NCBI GenBank assembly: GCA_963719085.1
Contig: CAVRAL010000001.1
Coordinates: 896,001 to 960,000, forward strand
Direction of reading: 5' to 3'
DNA: 64,000 nucleotides
DNA from: a candidate division FCPU426 bacterium
GTDB taxonomy: Bacteria > Oederibacteriota > Muellerivitia > Muellerivitales > Muellerivitaceae
Shown: one piece after another, positions 8,867 to 17,945 of the stretch
Layout: the number at the start of each line of letters is the position of its first letter
How positions within the stretch are numbered: position 1 is the stretch's first letter
Made by a program: the position numbers and the translations under genes
The notes under the pieces: generated by a model
Told to the model about the DNA's origin: nothing
The model's database searches: none
Seen by the model: only the letters and a program-made list of their open reading frames with translations

Positions 8867-10248
8867 TCAGCCTCGACTTCCGCGCCATCGGACAATAATC
8901 CGTATTTTTTCAATTTATAAATCAAGGCCGTCCGGTTCACGTCCAAAAGTTTGGCCGCCTTGGTCTGCACATGATTGGCCTTTTCCATGGCCTTCAAAAT
9001 AAGCTCCTTCTCGTAATTCTCCACTTTCTCCGTCAGGCTCGCGTCCTCCTTCAAAACATTCAAATACTCATCCTTTTGAAAGGTTTGGATATCCAAGGGA
9101 AGATTGGAGGGATAGATGGTCTCGGAGTCGGACAAGACGACCGCCCTTTGAATGGCGTTTTCCAGTTCCCGCACGTTCCCGGGCCAGGCGTAGCGCATCA
9201 TGAAATCCAGGGCTTTTTTGTCGATCTTCGTGATTTTTTTGTTGGCTTCCAGGCTATAGCGGGTCAGGAAATGATAGGCCAGCCTTTCAATATCGTCCCG
9301 GCGCTCCCGCAGGGGCGGCACAATGATCGGAACCACATTCAACCGGAAAAACAAATCCTCCCGGAACTGACCCTTTTTAATCGCCTCTTCCAAGTTTTTG
9401 TTGGTGGCCGCGATCACGCGCACGTCGGAACGGATGCTCTCGGTCCCCCCCACCCGCTCGAATTCCTTTTCCTGGAGCACCCGGAGCAATTTCACCTGGG
9501 TGACCAGGCTGATATCCCCGATCTCATCCAGAAAGATGGAACCGCCATGGGCCAACTCAAACCGGCCGATCCTTTTGCCCGCCGCGCCCGTGAAGGAGCC
9601 CTTTTCGTGCCCGAAAAGCTCGCTTTCCAAAACCCCCTCGGCCAAAACCGCGCAATTCACCTTAATAAAGGGCTTGTCCTTGCGCTTGCTGTTGAAATGG
9701 ATGGCGTGGGCCACCAGTTCCTTGCCCGTGCCCGATTCCCCCCGGATTAAAACCGCCGTGTCCGTGGGAGCCACTTTTTCAATCAGCTCATAAACGGGCT
9801 GCATGGCCGCGCTGTTGCCCACGATGCGCTTGTAGTTGTACTGGTCGTTCAACTTTTCCCGGAGGTATTTGTTCTCGTAAAAAAGTTTTTGGCGGTCGAT
9901 GGCTTTGTCCACGGTGATCTTGACCTGCTCGGTGGAAAAGGGCTTGGTGATGTAGTCGTAAGCCCCTAATTTCATCGCCTCGACGGCCGTCTCAATGGTT
10001 CCGTAGGCCGTCATGATGAGCACAATGATCTCCCCGTCGATTTCCTTGATCATTTTCAAAAGGGTCATGCCGTCGACCTTGGGCATCTTGATGTCCGTGA
10101 TGACCACGTCCACGTGCTTGGACTTGATGATCTCCATGGCCTTTTCGCCGTCCTCGGCCTCCAAGATCGAATGATTGACCCCATCCAGGGTTTGTTTCAA
10201 CACCTTGCGCATGCTGGACTTGTCGTCCACCAACAGGATTGTGCTCAT
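8863..10248 (-). CDS. sigma54-dependent response regulator (NtrC/AtoC type: REC-AAA+-Fis HTH)
   Basis: VDD/TDIKMP receiver, GESGTGKE, GSFTGA, WPGNVRELEN, C-terminal HTH. Start moved to ATG 10248 (GGAG SD). Confidence 0.96.
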   Translation of the reverse strand: MSTILLVDDKSSMRKVLKQTLDGVNHSILEAEDGEKAMEIIKSKHVDVVITDIKMPKVDGMTLLKMIKEIDGEIIVLIMTAYGTIETAVEAMKLGAYDYITKPFSTEQVKITVDKAIDRQKLFYENKYLREKLNDQYNYKRIVGNSAAMQPVYELIEKVAPTDTAVLIRGESGTGKELVAHAIHFNSKRKDKPFIKVNCAVLAEGVLESELFGHEKGSFTGAAGKRIGRFELAHGGSIFLDEIGDISLVTQVKLLRVLQEKEFERVGGTESIRSDVRVIAATNKNLEEAIKKGQFREDLFFRLNVVPIIVPPLRERRDDIERLAYHFLTRYSLEANKKITKIDKKALDFMMRYAWPGNVRELENAIQRAVVLSDSETIYPSNLPLDIQTFQKDEYLNVLKEDASLTEKVENYEKELILKAMEKANHVQTKAAKLLDVNRTALIYKLKKYGLLSDGAEVEAE

Positions 10249-10391
10249 TTCGGCATCTCCTCGACAGTATTCGAAAAAGTCCGGTGAGGACTTTTTATTC
10301 ATAACGAACGAGCCGCCTAAAAATCATATTTCGCGGCCCGCTCTTTCATTAGTCTATCGGTTCGGCGTTTAAAAATTTTGATCGCCGAACC

Positions 10392-12248
10392 CTACTTTGG
10401 AACAACCGGCAAAAGAAGCGCGAACAAGGCCCCGCCATCCGGCGCTTGGGCCGCGCCCACATCGCCGCCGTGCGCTTCCAATATTTTTTTGGTGATGGAT
10501 AGCCCGAGGCCGAACCCCTCGGTTTTGGTGGTGAAAAAAGGAGTGAACATCTTTTTTAAATTCTCGGGTAAAAAGCCGGGGCCGTGGTCCCGCACTGAGA
10601 CACAAACCCAAGCGTTGACCGTTTCATTCAAAAGCAGGGGTGAAAACTCAAAACGCCTCAGCCAGGCCGTCAGTTCCCTGCGGGAATACCGGGTTTGGAT
10701 GATTTCGATGGCGGATTTCGTCGGAGCGGCCTGGATGGCGTTCAGGATGATGTTCAAGAGCGCCCGCCGAAACTGCTCGGAGTCCAGGTGCAGGAAGGCC
10801 TCTTGTTTGGCCTCAAAGGTCACCTTGATTTTTTTGGATTCGGCCTCTTTTTTCACCAGCGGCAACAAACCCTGGATCACCTCGGCGATATCGACCTCAT
10901 GGGCTTCCACCGCGGTGGGTTTGGCGAAAACCAGGAAATTGGTCACGATTTTATTTAAGATCTCGATCTCGGTGGCGATATCGGTGACCATCTCCTTGGC
11001 CGCGTCGTTGTCCTTCACCCTTTTCTGGAGAATCTCGGTGAAACCCTTCATCGCGGCCAGGGGGTTCCGGATTTCATGGGCGATCCCGGCGGCCAATTCC
11101 CCGATCGTGGCCATTTTTTCTGCCACCTTGATGCGGGTCTCCAGACGCCGCAATTGGGTCTCATCGGTGAAAATAATTTCCGTACCGATGATTTTCGAGT
11201 CCGCCCCCAAAACCGGTGTCCCGCGGACCTGGATAATTTTGAGCGGCTCCTCGGATAAGTAAACCTCGGTATCGGCCAAGCCTGCCTTTTGAAGCAGAGG
11301 CGCCTGGATCACCTCAAGAAAAGCCGGGAAAGCCTCGAGCGCCTTCTCGACCGGCCGTCCCAGGACGCCCGTTTGGGAAAAGCCCAAAATGGAGGCGGCC
11401 GCCTTGTTGAAGGTGGTGATTTTTCCCTTCAGGTCCACCACCATGATCCCGTTGGACATACTTTCGAGAATATACTCGTTGTGCGATTCCAGCCGTTTGG
11501 TCATCTCGTTGAAGGCGAAGGCCAGCGCCCCGATTTCGTTGTTGGAAGTGACTTCCACCCTTTGGCTGAAGTCCCCCTCCGACACCCGTTGGGAAGCCTG
11601 GGCCAGGTCCTCAATGGGGGCGATAAACCTTCGGCCAAAAGCGTAAAGCAAACCGCCCATCAAGGCCAAACAAACCAGCCCGAAGATGAACAAAATGCGG
11701 GCGAACTCATTGAGCCCGTCCATGAACTTGGCGCTGGCTTCCACGCCCACGATCGCCACCACGGCTCCCGACCCGTCCCGAACCGGGCTGTAGCCGATCT
11801 TGTAAATGCCTCCGTCATTCTCAGGGAAAAGAATGGAAGCGGTGGATTGACCCTGCTTGGCTTTAAGAAAAGGCTCCGGGTCCAAATCCTTCAACCAATT
11901 GGTCTCCCGGAATTGGTAATTGTTATCGGCGTCGACCAAGACCCGGCCGTCCCCATCCAAAACAAAAATATCCTTGGCTTGGCTTTGCTGTTGGATTTCC
12001 ACGAGGGTTTGCTGGAAGGTTTTGTAAAGTTTGACGCCCGGATTTAAAAAAGGAATCCATTCGCCTTTGAGTTGGCCGGCGGAAAGGCGGGCGATGGCCA
12101 CCAGCCGCTCCCCCATTTCCCCGTCAAAGGTTTCTTTGGAAATGTAGTAAGAGAAGCCGCCATAGACAAAGAGGATGATGATGCCCACGAACAAAGTCCG
12201 GCTGACGAGTTCGGCCAAAATACTTCCGCGGAATGTGAAACTGGCCAT
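10392..12248 (-). CDS. Membrane sensor histidine kinase (periplasmic domain, HAMP, PAS, HisKA, HATPase)
   Basis: Two TM segments, EIGALAFAFNEM HAMP, AHEIRNPL H-box, NAIQA, DHGPG, GFGLGL. Confidence 0.95.
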   Translation of the reverse strand: MASFTFRGSILAELVSRTLFVGIIILFVYGGFSYYISKETFDGEMGERLVAIARLSAGQLKGEWIPFLNPGVKLYKTFQQTLVEIQQQSQAKDIFVLDGDGRVLVDADNNYQFRETNWLKDLDPEPFLKAKQGQSTASILFPENDGGIYKIGYSPVRDGSGAVVAIVGVEASAKFMDGLNEFARILFIFGLVCLALMGGLLYAFGRRFIAPIEDLAQASQRVSEGDFSQRVEVTSNNEIGALAFAFNEMTKRLESHNEYILESMSNGIMVVDLKGKITTFNKAAASILGFSQTGVLGRPVEKALEAFPAFLEVIQAPLLQKAGLADTEVYLSEEPLKIIQVRGTPVLGADSKIIGTEIIFTDETQLRRLETRIKVAEKMATIGELAAGIAHEIRNPLAAMKGFTEILQKRVKDNDAAKEMVTDIATEIEILNKIVTNFLVFAKPTAVEAHEVDIAEVIQGLLPLVKKEAESKKIKVTFEAKQEAFLHLDSEQFRRALLNIILNAIQAAPTKSAIEIIQTRYSRRELTAWLRRFEFSPLLLNETVNAWVCVSVRDHGPGFLPENLKKMFTPFFTTKTEGFGLGLSITKKILEAHGGDVGAAQAPDGGALFALLLPVVPK

Positions 12249-12408
12249 ACCGGCTCCCAACTGTTAGTTCTCCATCAGCCTCAAACAGCAATGTCATTAA
12301 ATTGACTAATTTGTTAGATAATAGCACTAATCGGAAAAATTAGAGGGATTTTTGACTTTAGGCGGATAACAAGGATTTGAAGGGATTTTACACAGGATTT
12401 CGGACAAT

Positions 12409-12440
12409 AAAAAAGAGACGGAAAAATGCCCGTCTCTTTT
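12409..12440 (-). terminator. Intrinsic terminator after the propeller lipoprotein
   Basis: AAAAGAGACGG...CCGTCTCTTTT inverted repeat with T tract on the minus strand. Confidence 0.7.
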
Positions 12441-12509
12441 GAGAACTGCGCTGTTGAGTGACACTCAAACTTTACCGCCCGGTTGAAGACCGGATGGCGA
12501 ATCAAAATC

Positions 12510-13889
12510 TCAATGGTATTCCATTACAGTCACCTTGTTAACGCCGCCACTTGAATCCACGTAAGCGACATAGGGGTCCCCACCGGTGTCGAAAGCCAAT
12601 GAATTATAGGTAGTGCTATAGGCGGAGAAATGCCCGCTCCCAACCGTCACCCAACCCGTGGTTCCTGCCCCCGTATGCTCCATGACCATCGCTTCACTGG
12701 TCGGGTTCGACTCATCAGAAAAAGAAATATAAGCGTTATTGTTGGTGGGGCTAAAAGCCAGCGTTGAGTAAAAAGAATTGTGGGGAGTAAAGCCTGCGGT
12801 GCCCACCGCCGCCCAACTTGATCCACCCCACCCCATCACATTGTCCATCGCATTATTGCTGTTATCCATGTAAGCAACATAGGGGTTTCCGTCGTTAAAG
12901 ACCAGCGATGTGTAATTCGCGACATGGTTGTTCAAGGTGCCTCCGCCTCCGGCACCTCCAAACCCGCCCAGATAGGTCCAAGCGCCCGAGACATACTCCG
13001 CGATCGAAGCGCCTCCATAATAGCTATCCCCAAAGGCAACATAGGGATTATTGCTACTGTCAAAAGCCACCGATGGAAAAGTCCCGCCGCCGGTCGAGAA
13101 AGCACTGCCTCCCACCGTGACCCAATTCGTTCCGTTGTACGCCATCAAGTAGCTGTAAGTGGCACCCTCAAAAGCCACGTAAGGTTTTCCCGTGCTGTCC
13201 ACCGCGATTGAAGTATAAGAGGCCTGTCCGCCAAAGCCGGGGTTTCCAATCGTTACCCAAGCACTTCCCGTATATTCTTCAACGGTGAGATAAGCCGATT
13301 CCGTGCCATCCGCGTAAGCCACATAAAGATTGTTGTTATAAAAGGCCGCCGAGATGTAAGAAGCCGCGCCCGGCGTAAAATCCGCGCCATATACGGCCGA
13401 CCAAGTAGATCCGTTGTACTCCTCGACCATACCCTTATCATTGTTACTCTCATCCGCGTAAACCACGTAAGGATTGTTATTGTTAAAATGCAAGCTCGTG
13501 TAAAGCGCTTCCGATCCAAATTCCGCGGTTCCCACGACCTGCCATGAGGCCCCACCGGTGGTCGGGGTACTTGTGACTGTCGGCGTGGATGTCACCGTCA
13601 AAGTGGCCGTGGCCGTCTGAGTCACCGTTGGGGTGACCGTAAAGGTACGCGTCGAACTTGTCGTGGGCGTCAAGGTGGCCGTCGTTGTTTTGGTCGCGGT
13701 TGGCGTGAGGGTAACCGTAGGTGTCTTGGTAACCGTAAAAGTCGCCGAAGGCAACCCGACCGTCGTCGTACCGGTCGGAGACGAAGAACCAGGTGTGGTG
13801 GGGGTCGATGAGCCGGAGCAACCAACATAAAAAAAGCCAGAAGCCAGAGTTCCCATGAATAAAACGACAAAAGATAAACGCTTGCGCAT
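12510..13889 (-). CDS. Lipoprotein with Thr-rich stalk and about 7-bladed beta-propeller
   Basis: Lipobox-like FYVGC; (T-x)n tract; seven ~47-aa repeats W..VG..GF / G.PYVAY.D. Confidence 0.8.
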   Translation of the reverse strand: MRKRLSFVVLFMGTLASGFFYVGCSGSSTPTTPGSSSPTGTTTVGLPSATFTVTKTPTVTLTPTATKTTTATLTPTTSSTRTFTVTPTVTQTATATLTVTSTPTVTSTPTTGGASWQVVGTAEFGSEALYTSLHFNNNNPYVVYADESNNDKGMVEEYNGSTWSAVYGADFTPGAASYISAAFYNNNLYVAYADGTESAYLTVEEYTGSAWVTIGNPGFGGQASYTSIAVDSTGKPYVAFEGATYSYLMAYNGTNWVTVGGSAFSTGGGTFPSVAFDSSNNPYVAFGDSYYGGASIAEYVSGAWTYLGGFGGAGGGGTLNNHVANYTSLVFNDGNPYVAYMDNSNNAMDNVMGWGGSSWAAVGTAGFTPHNSFYSTLAFSPTNNNAYISFSDESNPTSEAMVMEHTGAGTTGWVTVGSGHFSAYSTTYNSLAFDTGGDPYVAYVDSSGGVNKVTVMEYH

Positions 13890-14035
13890 AGTCCCGCCTC
13901 TGAAATTTTAATGATGGAAAACTAGGCCTGACTCTAACGAGTCCTGAATCGGTTGTATAGATGAAGTGCCCGTGATAAAGGTAAAACGACGACCATGAAT
14001 TAGGATTTTTAGGAGACGATAAAGATTTTGAAAAA

Positions 14036-15856
14036 TTAACCCAACGAATGGAAATGTTGATAGAGCTTGGCGGCCAGTTCCTTCGAAAAACTCGGGACGG
14101 CCTGAAGTTCTTCCAGCGAGGCTGTTTTGACCTTGTCCACGGACTCGAAAGTATTCAAAAGCGCCCTCAATCGGGATGGACCAATCCCCTTCACTCCGCG
14201 TAACAGGGATGTTACCGCGTTTCGGTCACGGATGATCCGATGGTAGCCCACGGCGAAACGATGGGACTCGTCCCGGACCCGCTGTAATAAATAGCGCGCC
14301 TTCAAATGACCGCGAAAGTCCACCGGATGGGATTCCTCGGGCAAAAAAACCTCTTCTTCCCGTTTGGCCAAGGACGCCAATCCGTAATCGCCGCCCAGGC
14401 CTTCGTCCAGAACCTGTTTCACGGCGCTCAGTTGGCCCTTGCCCCCGTCAATGAGAAACAGATCCGGCAAGGGATTGCCTTCCCGCTCAACCAGGGCCAA
14501 ATAACGGCGCATCATTTCCTGGTGGGATTTGAAATCATCCTGGCCCACCACGTCCCTGATTTTGAATTTTCGATAGCGGTTCTTTTCCGGGATGCCATCC
14601 TTGAAAAAAACCGCCGAACCCACGTTGAAGGTTCCTTGAAGATTGGAAATGTCGAAACAAGCGATATTGCGCGGAAGTGCCTTCAGGCGTAAAAGTTTTT
14701 TCAATTCTTCCAATACATCGGTCTGGCGCAGGTCTTCCTTGAGGGAGGCCAGGGCGTTCCGTTCGGCGATCTCCATCAAGTCGCTCCGCCAGCCGGAATC
14801 GGCGTTTTTCACCGTGACTTTTTTCACCTTCAAAGCCGACACCCAGATTTGGATATCGGGATCGATGGGAAAGTCGCGGGCCACCAAAATCTCATCCGGC
14901 ACGAAAACACCCGGGACATAAAATTGGCGCAGGAAAAACGGCAATACTTCGGCCAAAGACTGTTCCAGCTCGTTCTCCAACACCAGTTTGACGTGGTCAA
15001 TCACTTTTCCCTGCCGCACCTGAAGCACGGACGCCAAAACTTTCCCCAGACCGGCGGTTAGGGCGATCACATCCAGGTCCAGCTTTTCCGCCGTGATGAC
15101 CGCGTAGCCGTTTTGCATCTGCTCAATGGATGAAAGCAGGTCCCGGCACTTGGCCGCTTCCTCGTATTCCAGCCGCTCGGAGGCCTTCAACATCTCCGCC
15201 TTCAGGTAATTCATCAGCGATTCGTGCTTCCCTTCCAGAAACCACTTCACCCGGTCCACGATGGTCGCGTAGCCGGTTTTATCGATGGCGCCGATGCAGG
15301 GGGCCGGACATTGTTTGATTTGGTAACTCAGGCAGGCCCTTTCGGCCTTGCCGTCGATCTCAATGTCGCAATCCCGGATATTGAAATAGCGGTAAATGAT
15401 TTTGAGGATTTCGCGCAGTTTCAGGTTGGGAAAAGGGCCATAGTAGCGCGAACCATCCGCCATGGGCCGCCGGGAGATCAAAACCCGGGGGAAATCCTCC
15501 CGCGTGGTCAGCTTGATATAGGGATAGCTTTTGTCGTCGCGCAAAACCACGTTGTACCGGGGCCGATAGCGCTTGATCAAATTGCTCTCAAGTAAAAAGG
15601 CCTGGGACTCGTCGGTCGTCACCACGAATTCCAGGTGATGGACCTGCGTCACCAGGGACCTGATTTTGGGGCTGTCTTGGGCGTTCTTATTGAAATAAGA
15701 AGCCACGCGCTTTTTGATGGAAACCGCCTTGCCCACGTAAAGCACGGTGTCGAAAGCGTTTTTGAAAAGATAAATGCCGGGCGCGTCCGGAAATTTCGAA
15801 ACCTGTTCCCGAAGCTCCTCGATCTTTTTTTCGGGTTCGGACTGGAGGGTGGACAT
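14036..15856 (-). CDS. uvrC: Excinuclease ABC subunit C
   Basis: GIY..YVGKA GIY-YIG domain, FDISN, DGGKGQ, RDESHRFA, HhH. Confidence 0.98.
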   Translation of the reverse strand: MSTLQSEPEKKIEELREQVSKFPDAPGIYLFKNAFDTVLYVGKAVSIKKRVASYFNKNAQDSPKIRSLVTQVHHLEFVVTTDESQAFLLESNLIKRYRPRYNVVLRDDKSYPYIKLTTREDFPRVLISRRPMADGSRYYGPFPNLKLREILKIIYRYFNIRDCDIEIDGKAERACLSYQIKQCPAPCIGAIDKTGYATIVDRVKWFLEGKHESLMNYLKAEMLKASERLEYEEAAKCRDLLSSIEQMQNGYAVITAEKLDLDVIALTAGLGKVLASVLQVRQGKVIDHVKLVLENELEQSLAEVLPFFLRQFYVPGVFVPDEILVARDFPIDPDIQIWVSALKVKKVTVKNADSGWRSDLMEIAERNALASLKEDLRQTDVLEELKKLLRLKALPRNIACFDISNLQGTFNVGSAVFFKDGIPEKNRYRKFKIRDVVGQDDFKSHQEMMRRYLALVEREGNPLPDLFLIDGGKGQLSAVKQVLDEGLGGDYGLASLAKREEEVFLPEESHPVDFRGHLKARYLLQRVRDESHRFAVGYHRIIRDRNAVTSLLRGVKGIGPSRLRALLNTFESVDKVKTASLEELQAVPSFSKELAAKLYQHFHSLG

Positions 15857-15867
15857 GTCGGTGGGGC

Positions 15868-17856
15868 TTAAGCTTCGGTTTTTAAACGGTCGCGCAAAAT
15901 CCGGATCTGGTCCCGGAGCTCGGCGGCCTTCTCATACTCGTATTTTTGGGCGAAGCTCACCATGGATTTTTCCAGTTCCACGATTTTACGCGGAATGGCC
16001 GCGGGCTCCAGGTAGGCCTGCCCTTCCTCGGCGGCGATGGGCACCGTGTAGTAATCGGCCTCGTAGACCGTGGTCAACAGCTCCCGGATTTGTTTCTTGA
16101 TGGTGACGGGCGTGATGCCGTTTTCCTTATTGTAGGCCGTTTGAATCTTCCGGCGGCGCTTAGTCTCCGCCAAGGTCTTGCGCATGGAATCGGTTTCTTT
16201 ATCCGCGTAAAACAGAACCTTGCCTTCCACATTGCGGGCCGCGCGGCCGGCGGTCTGCATGAGCGAGACTTCGGAGCGAAGGAAACCTTCCTTGTCCGCG
16301 TCCAGGATGGCCACCAAACTCACCTCGGGCAGGTCCAGGCCCTCCCGGAGCAAATTAACGCCGATCAAAACATCGTAAACCCCCAACCGCAAATCCCGGA
16401 TAATCCGGATCCGGTCCAAGGTCTCCACGTCCGAATGTAGGTAAGCCACTTTCACGTTGAGCTGTTTCAGATAGCTGGTCAGGTCCTCGGCCATTTTTTT
16501 AGTCAGCGTAGTGACCAAAACCCTCTGGCCTTTGCCCGCGCGGTCCCTGATTTCCCCGATCAAGTCATCCACCTGGGTTTTCGCGGGACGAACCTCAATC
16601 TCAGGATCCATCAGCCCGGTCGGACGGATAATCTGCTCCACCACCTTGTCCCCGCTTTTTTTAATCTCATCCGGCGCCGGCGTGGCCGAGACATAGATCA
16701 CCTGGCCCACCTTCGCGTTGAACTCATCAAACTTTAAGGGTCGGTTGTCGTAGGCGCACTTGAGCCGGAATCCGAAGTCCACCAGGTTTTTTTTGCGCGC
16801 GAAATCGCCGTTGAACATGGCCCGCAATTGGGGCTGAGTCACATGGGACTCGTCAATGAAGGTCAGGAAATCCTTCGGGAAATAATCGAGCAGAGTAAAA
16901 GGCGGATCACCCGGGCTTCGGTTCTCGAAATGGCGGCTGTAATTCTCAATCCCCTGGCAATAGCCCATCTCCTCAATCATTTCCAGGTCAAAGGTGGTGC
17001 GCTGTTCCAAACGCTGGGCTTCCACCAACTTGTTGTCATTTTTAAGCTCCACCAGCCGGAGCCGCAACTCTTCCCGGATATTATCCAGCGCCGATTTTTT
17101 GACTTCCTCGGGCATAACGTAATGCTTGGCCGGATAAATGGGCAGCACCTTCCGGCGGTTGAGGCTTTTACCCGTCACGGGGTCCATCTCGGATATTTTC
17201 TCGATCTCGTCCCCAAAAAACTCGATCCGGAAAGGATTTTCCTCATAAGCCGGATAGACCTCGATCACGTCGCCCTTCACCCGGAAACGGCCCCGGCTGA
17301 AGTCGATATCGTTGCGGGCGTATTGAATGGCCACCAGTTCCCGCAGAAAGGATTCCCGGTGGATTTCCGAGCCTTCGCGCAAAACGATATGCATCTTTTT
17401 ATAGTTTTCCGGCGAGCCTAAACCATAGATGCAGGAAACCGAGGCCACAATGATCACGTCCCGCCGCTCCTGAAGCAGCGCGGTAGCTTCCAGCCGCAGC
17501 CGGTCCAGTTCCATATTGATGGAAGCGTCTTTCTCGATGAAGGTGTCCGTGTGGGGGATATAGGCTTCAGGCTGGTAATAATCGTAATAACTGACGAAGT
17601 AGGCCACGGCGTTGTTGGGGAAAAATTCCTTGAACTCGCTATACAGCTGGGCCGCCAGGGTCTTGTTGTGCGAAATGATCAGCGCCGGCCTTTGGACCTT
17701 TTGGATCACATGGGCCATGCTGAAGGTTTTGCCCGATCCGGTCACGCCCAGGAGGGTCTGGTGCCGGGCGTCGGACTCGAGGTTTTTCACCATTTGGGCG
17801 ATGGCCCGGGGCTGGTCGCCGGTAGGCTTGAAGTCGGAAACAATTTCGAATTTCAT
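15868..17856 (-). CDS. uvrB: Excinuclease ABC subunit B
   Basis: [25 protein letters not shown] hairpin, DESH, C-terminal UVR domain. Confidence 0.99.
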   Translation of the reverse strand: MKFEIVSDFKPTGDQPRAIAQMVKNLESDARHQTLLGVTGSGKTFSMAHVIQKVQRPALIISHNKTLAAQLYSEFKEFFPNNAVAYFVSYYDYYQPEAYIPHTDTFIEKDASINMELDRLRLEATALLQERRDVIIVASVSCIYGLGSPENYKKMHIVLREGSEIHRESFLRELVAIQYARNDIDFSRGRFRVKGDVIEVYPAYEENPFRIEFFGDEIEKISEMDPVTGKSLNRRKVLPIYPAKHYVMPEEVKKSALDNIREELRLRLVELKNDNKLVEAQRLEQRTTFDLEMIEEMGYCQGIENYSRHFENRSPGDPPFTLLDYFPKDFLTFIDESHVTQPQLRAMFNGDFARKKNLVDFGFRLKCAYDNRPLKFDEFNAKVGQVIYVSATPAPDEIKKSGDKVVEQIIRPTGLMDPEIEVRPAKTQVDDLIGEIRDRAGKGQRVLVTTLTKKMAEDLTSYLKQLNVKVAYLHSDVETLDRIRIIRDLRLGVYDVLIGVNLLREGLDLPEVSLVAILDADKEGFLRSEVSLMQTAGRAARNVEGKVLFYADKETDSMRKTLAETKRRRKIQTAYNKENGITPVTIKKQIRELLTTVYEADYYTVPIAAEEGQAYLEPAAIPRKIVELEKSMVSFAQKYEYEKAAELRDQIRILRDRLKTEA

Positions 17857-17945
17857 GGAGCCATTGTGGGACAGGCGAAAGCTTTATTCAAGGGTAACTC
17901 AAACGGAAGGGTCTCCCTTTCGCTTGAGTTTAACCCACTTTATCC

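Noticed and set aside
9585..9602. GSFTGA instead of GAFTGA in the enhancer-binding protein
   Set aside because: A common functional variant, not evidence of sigma54 independence
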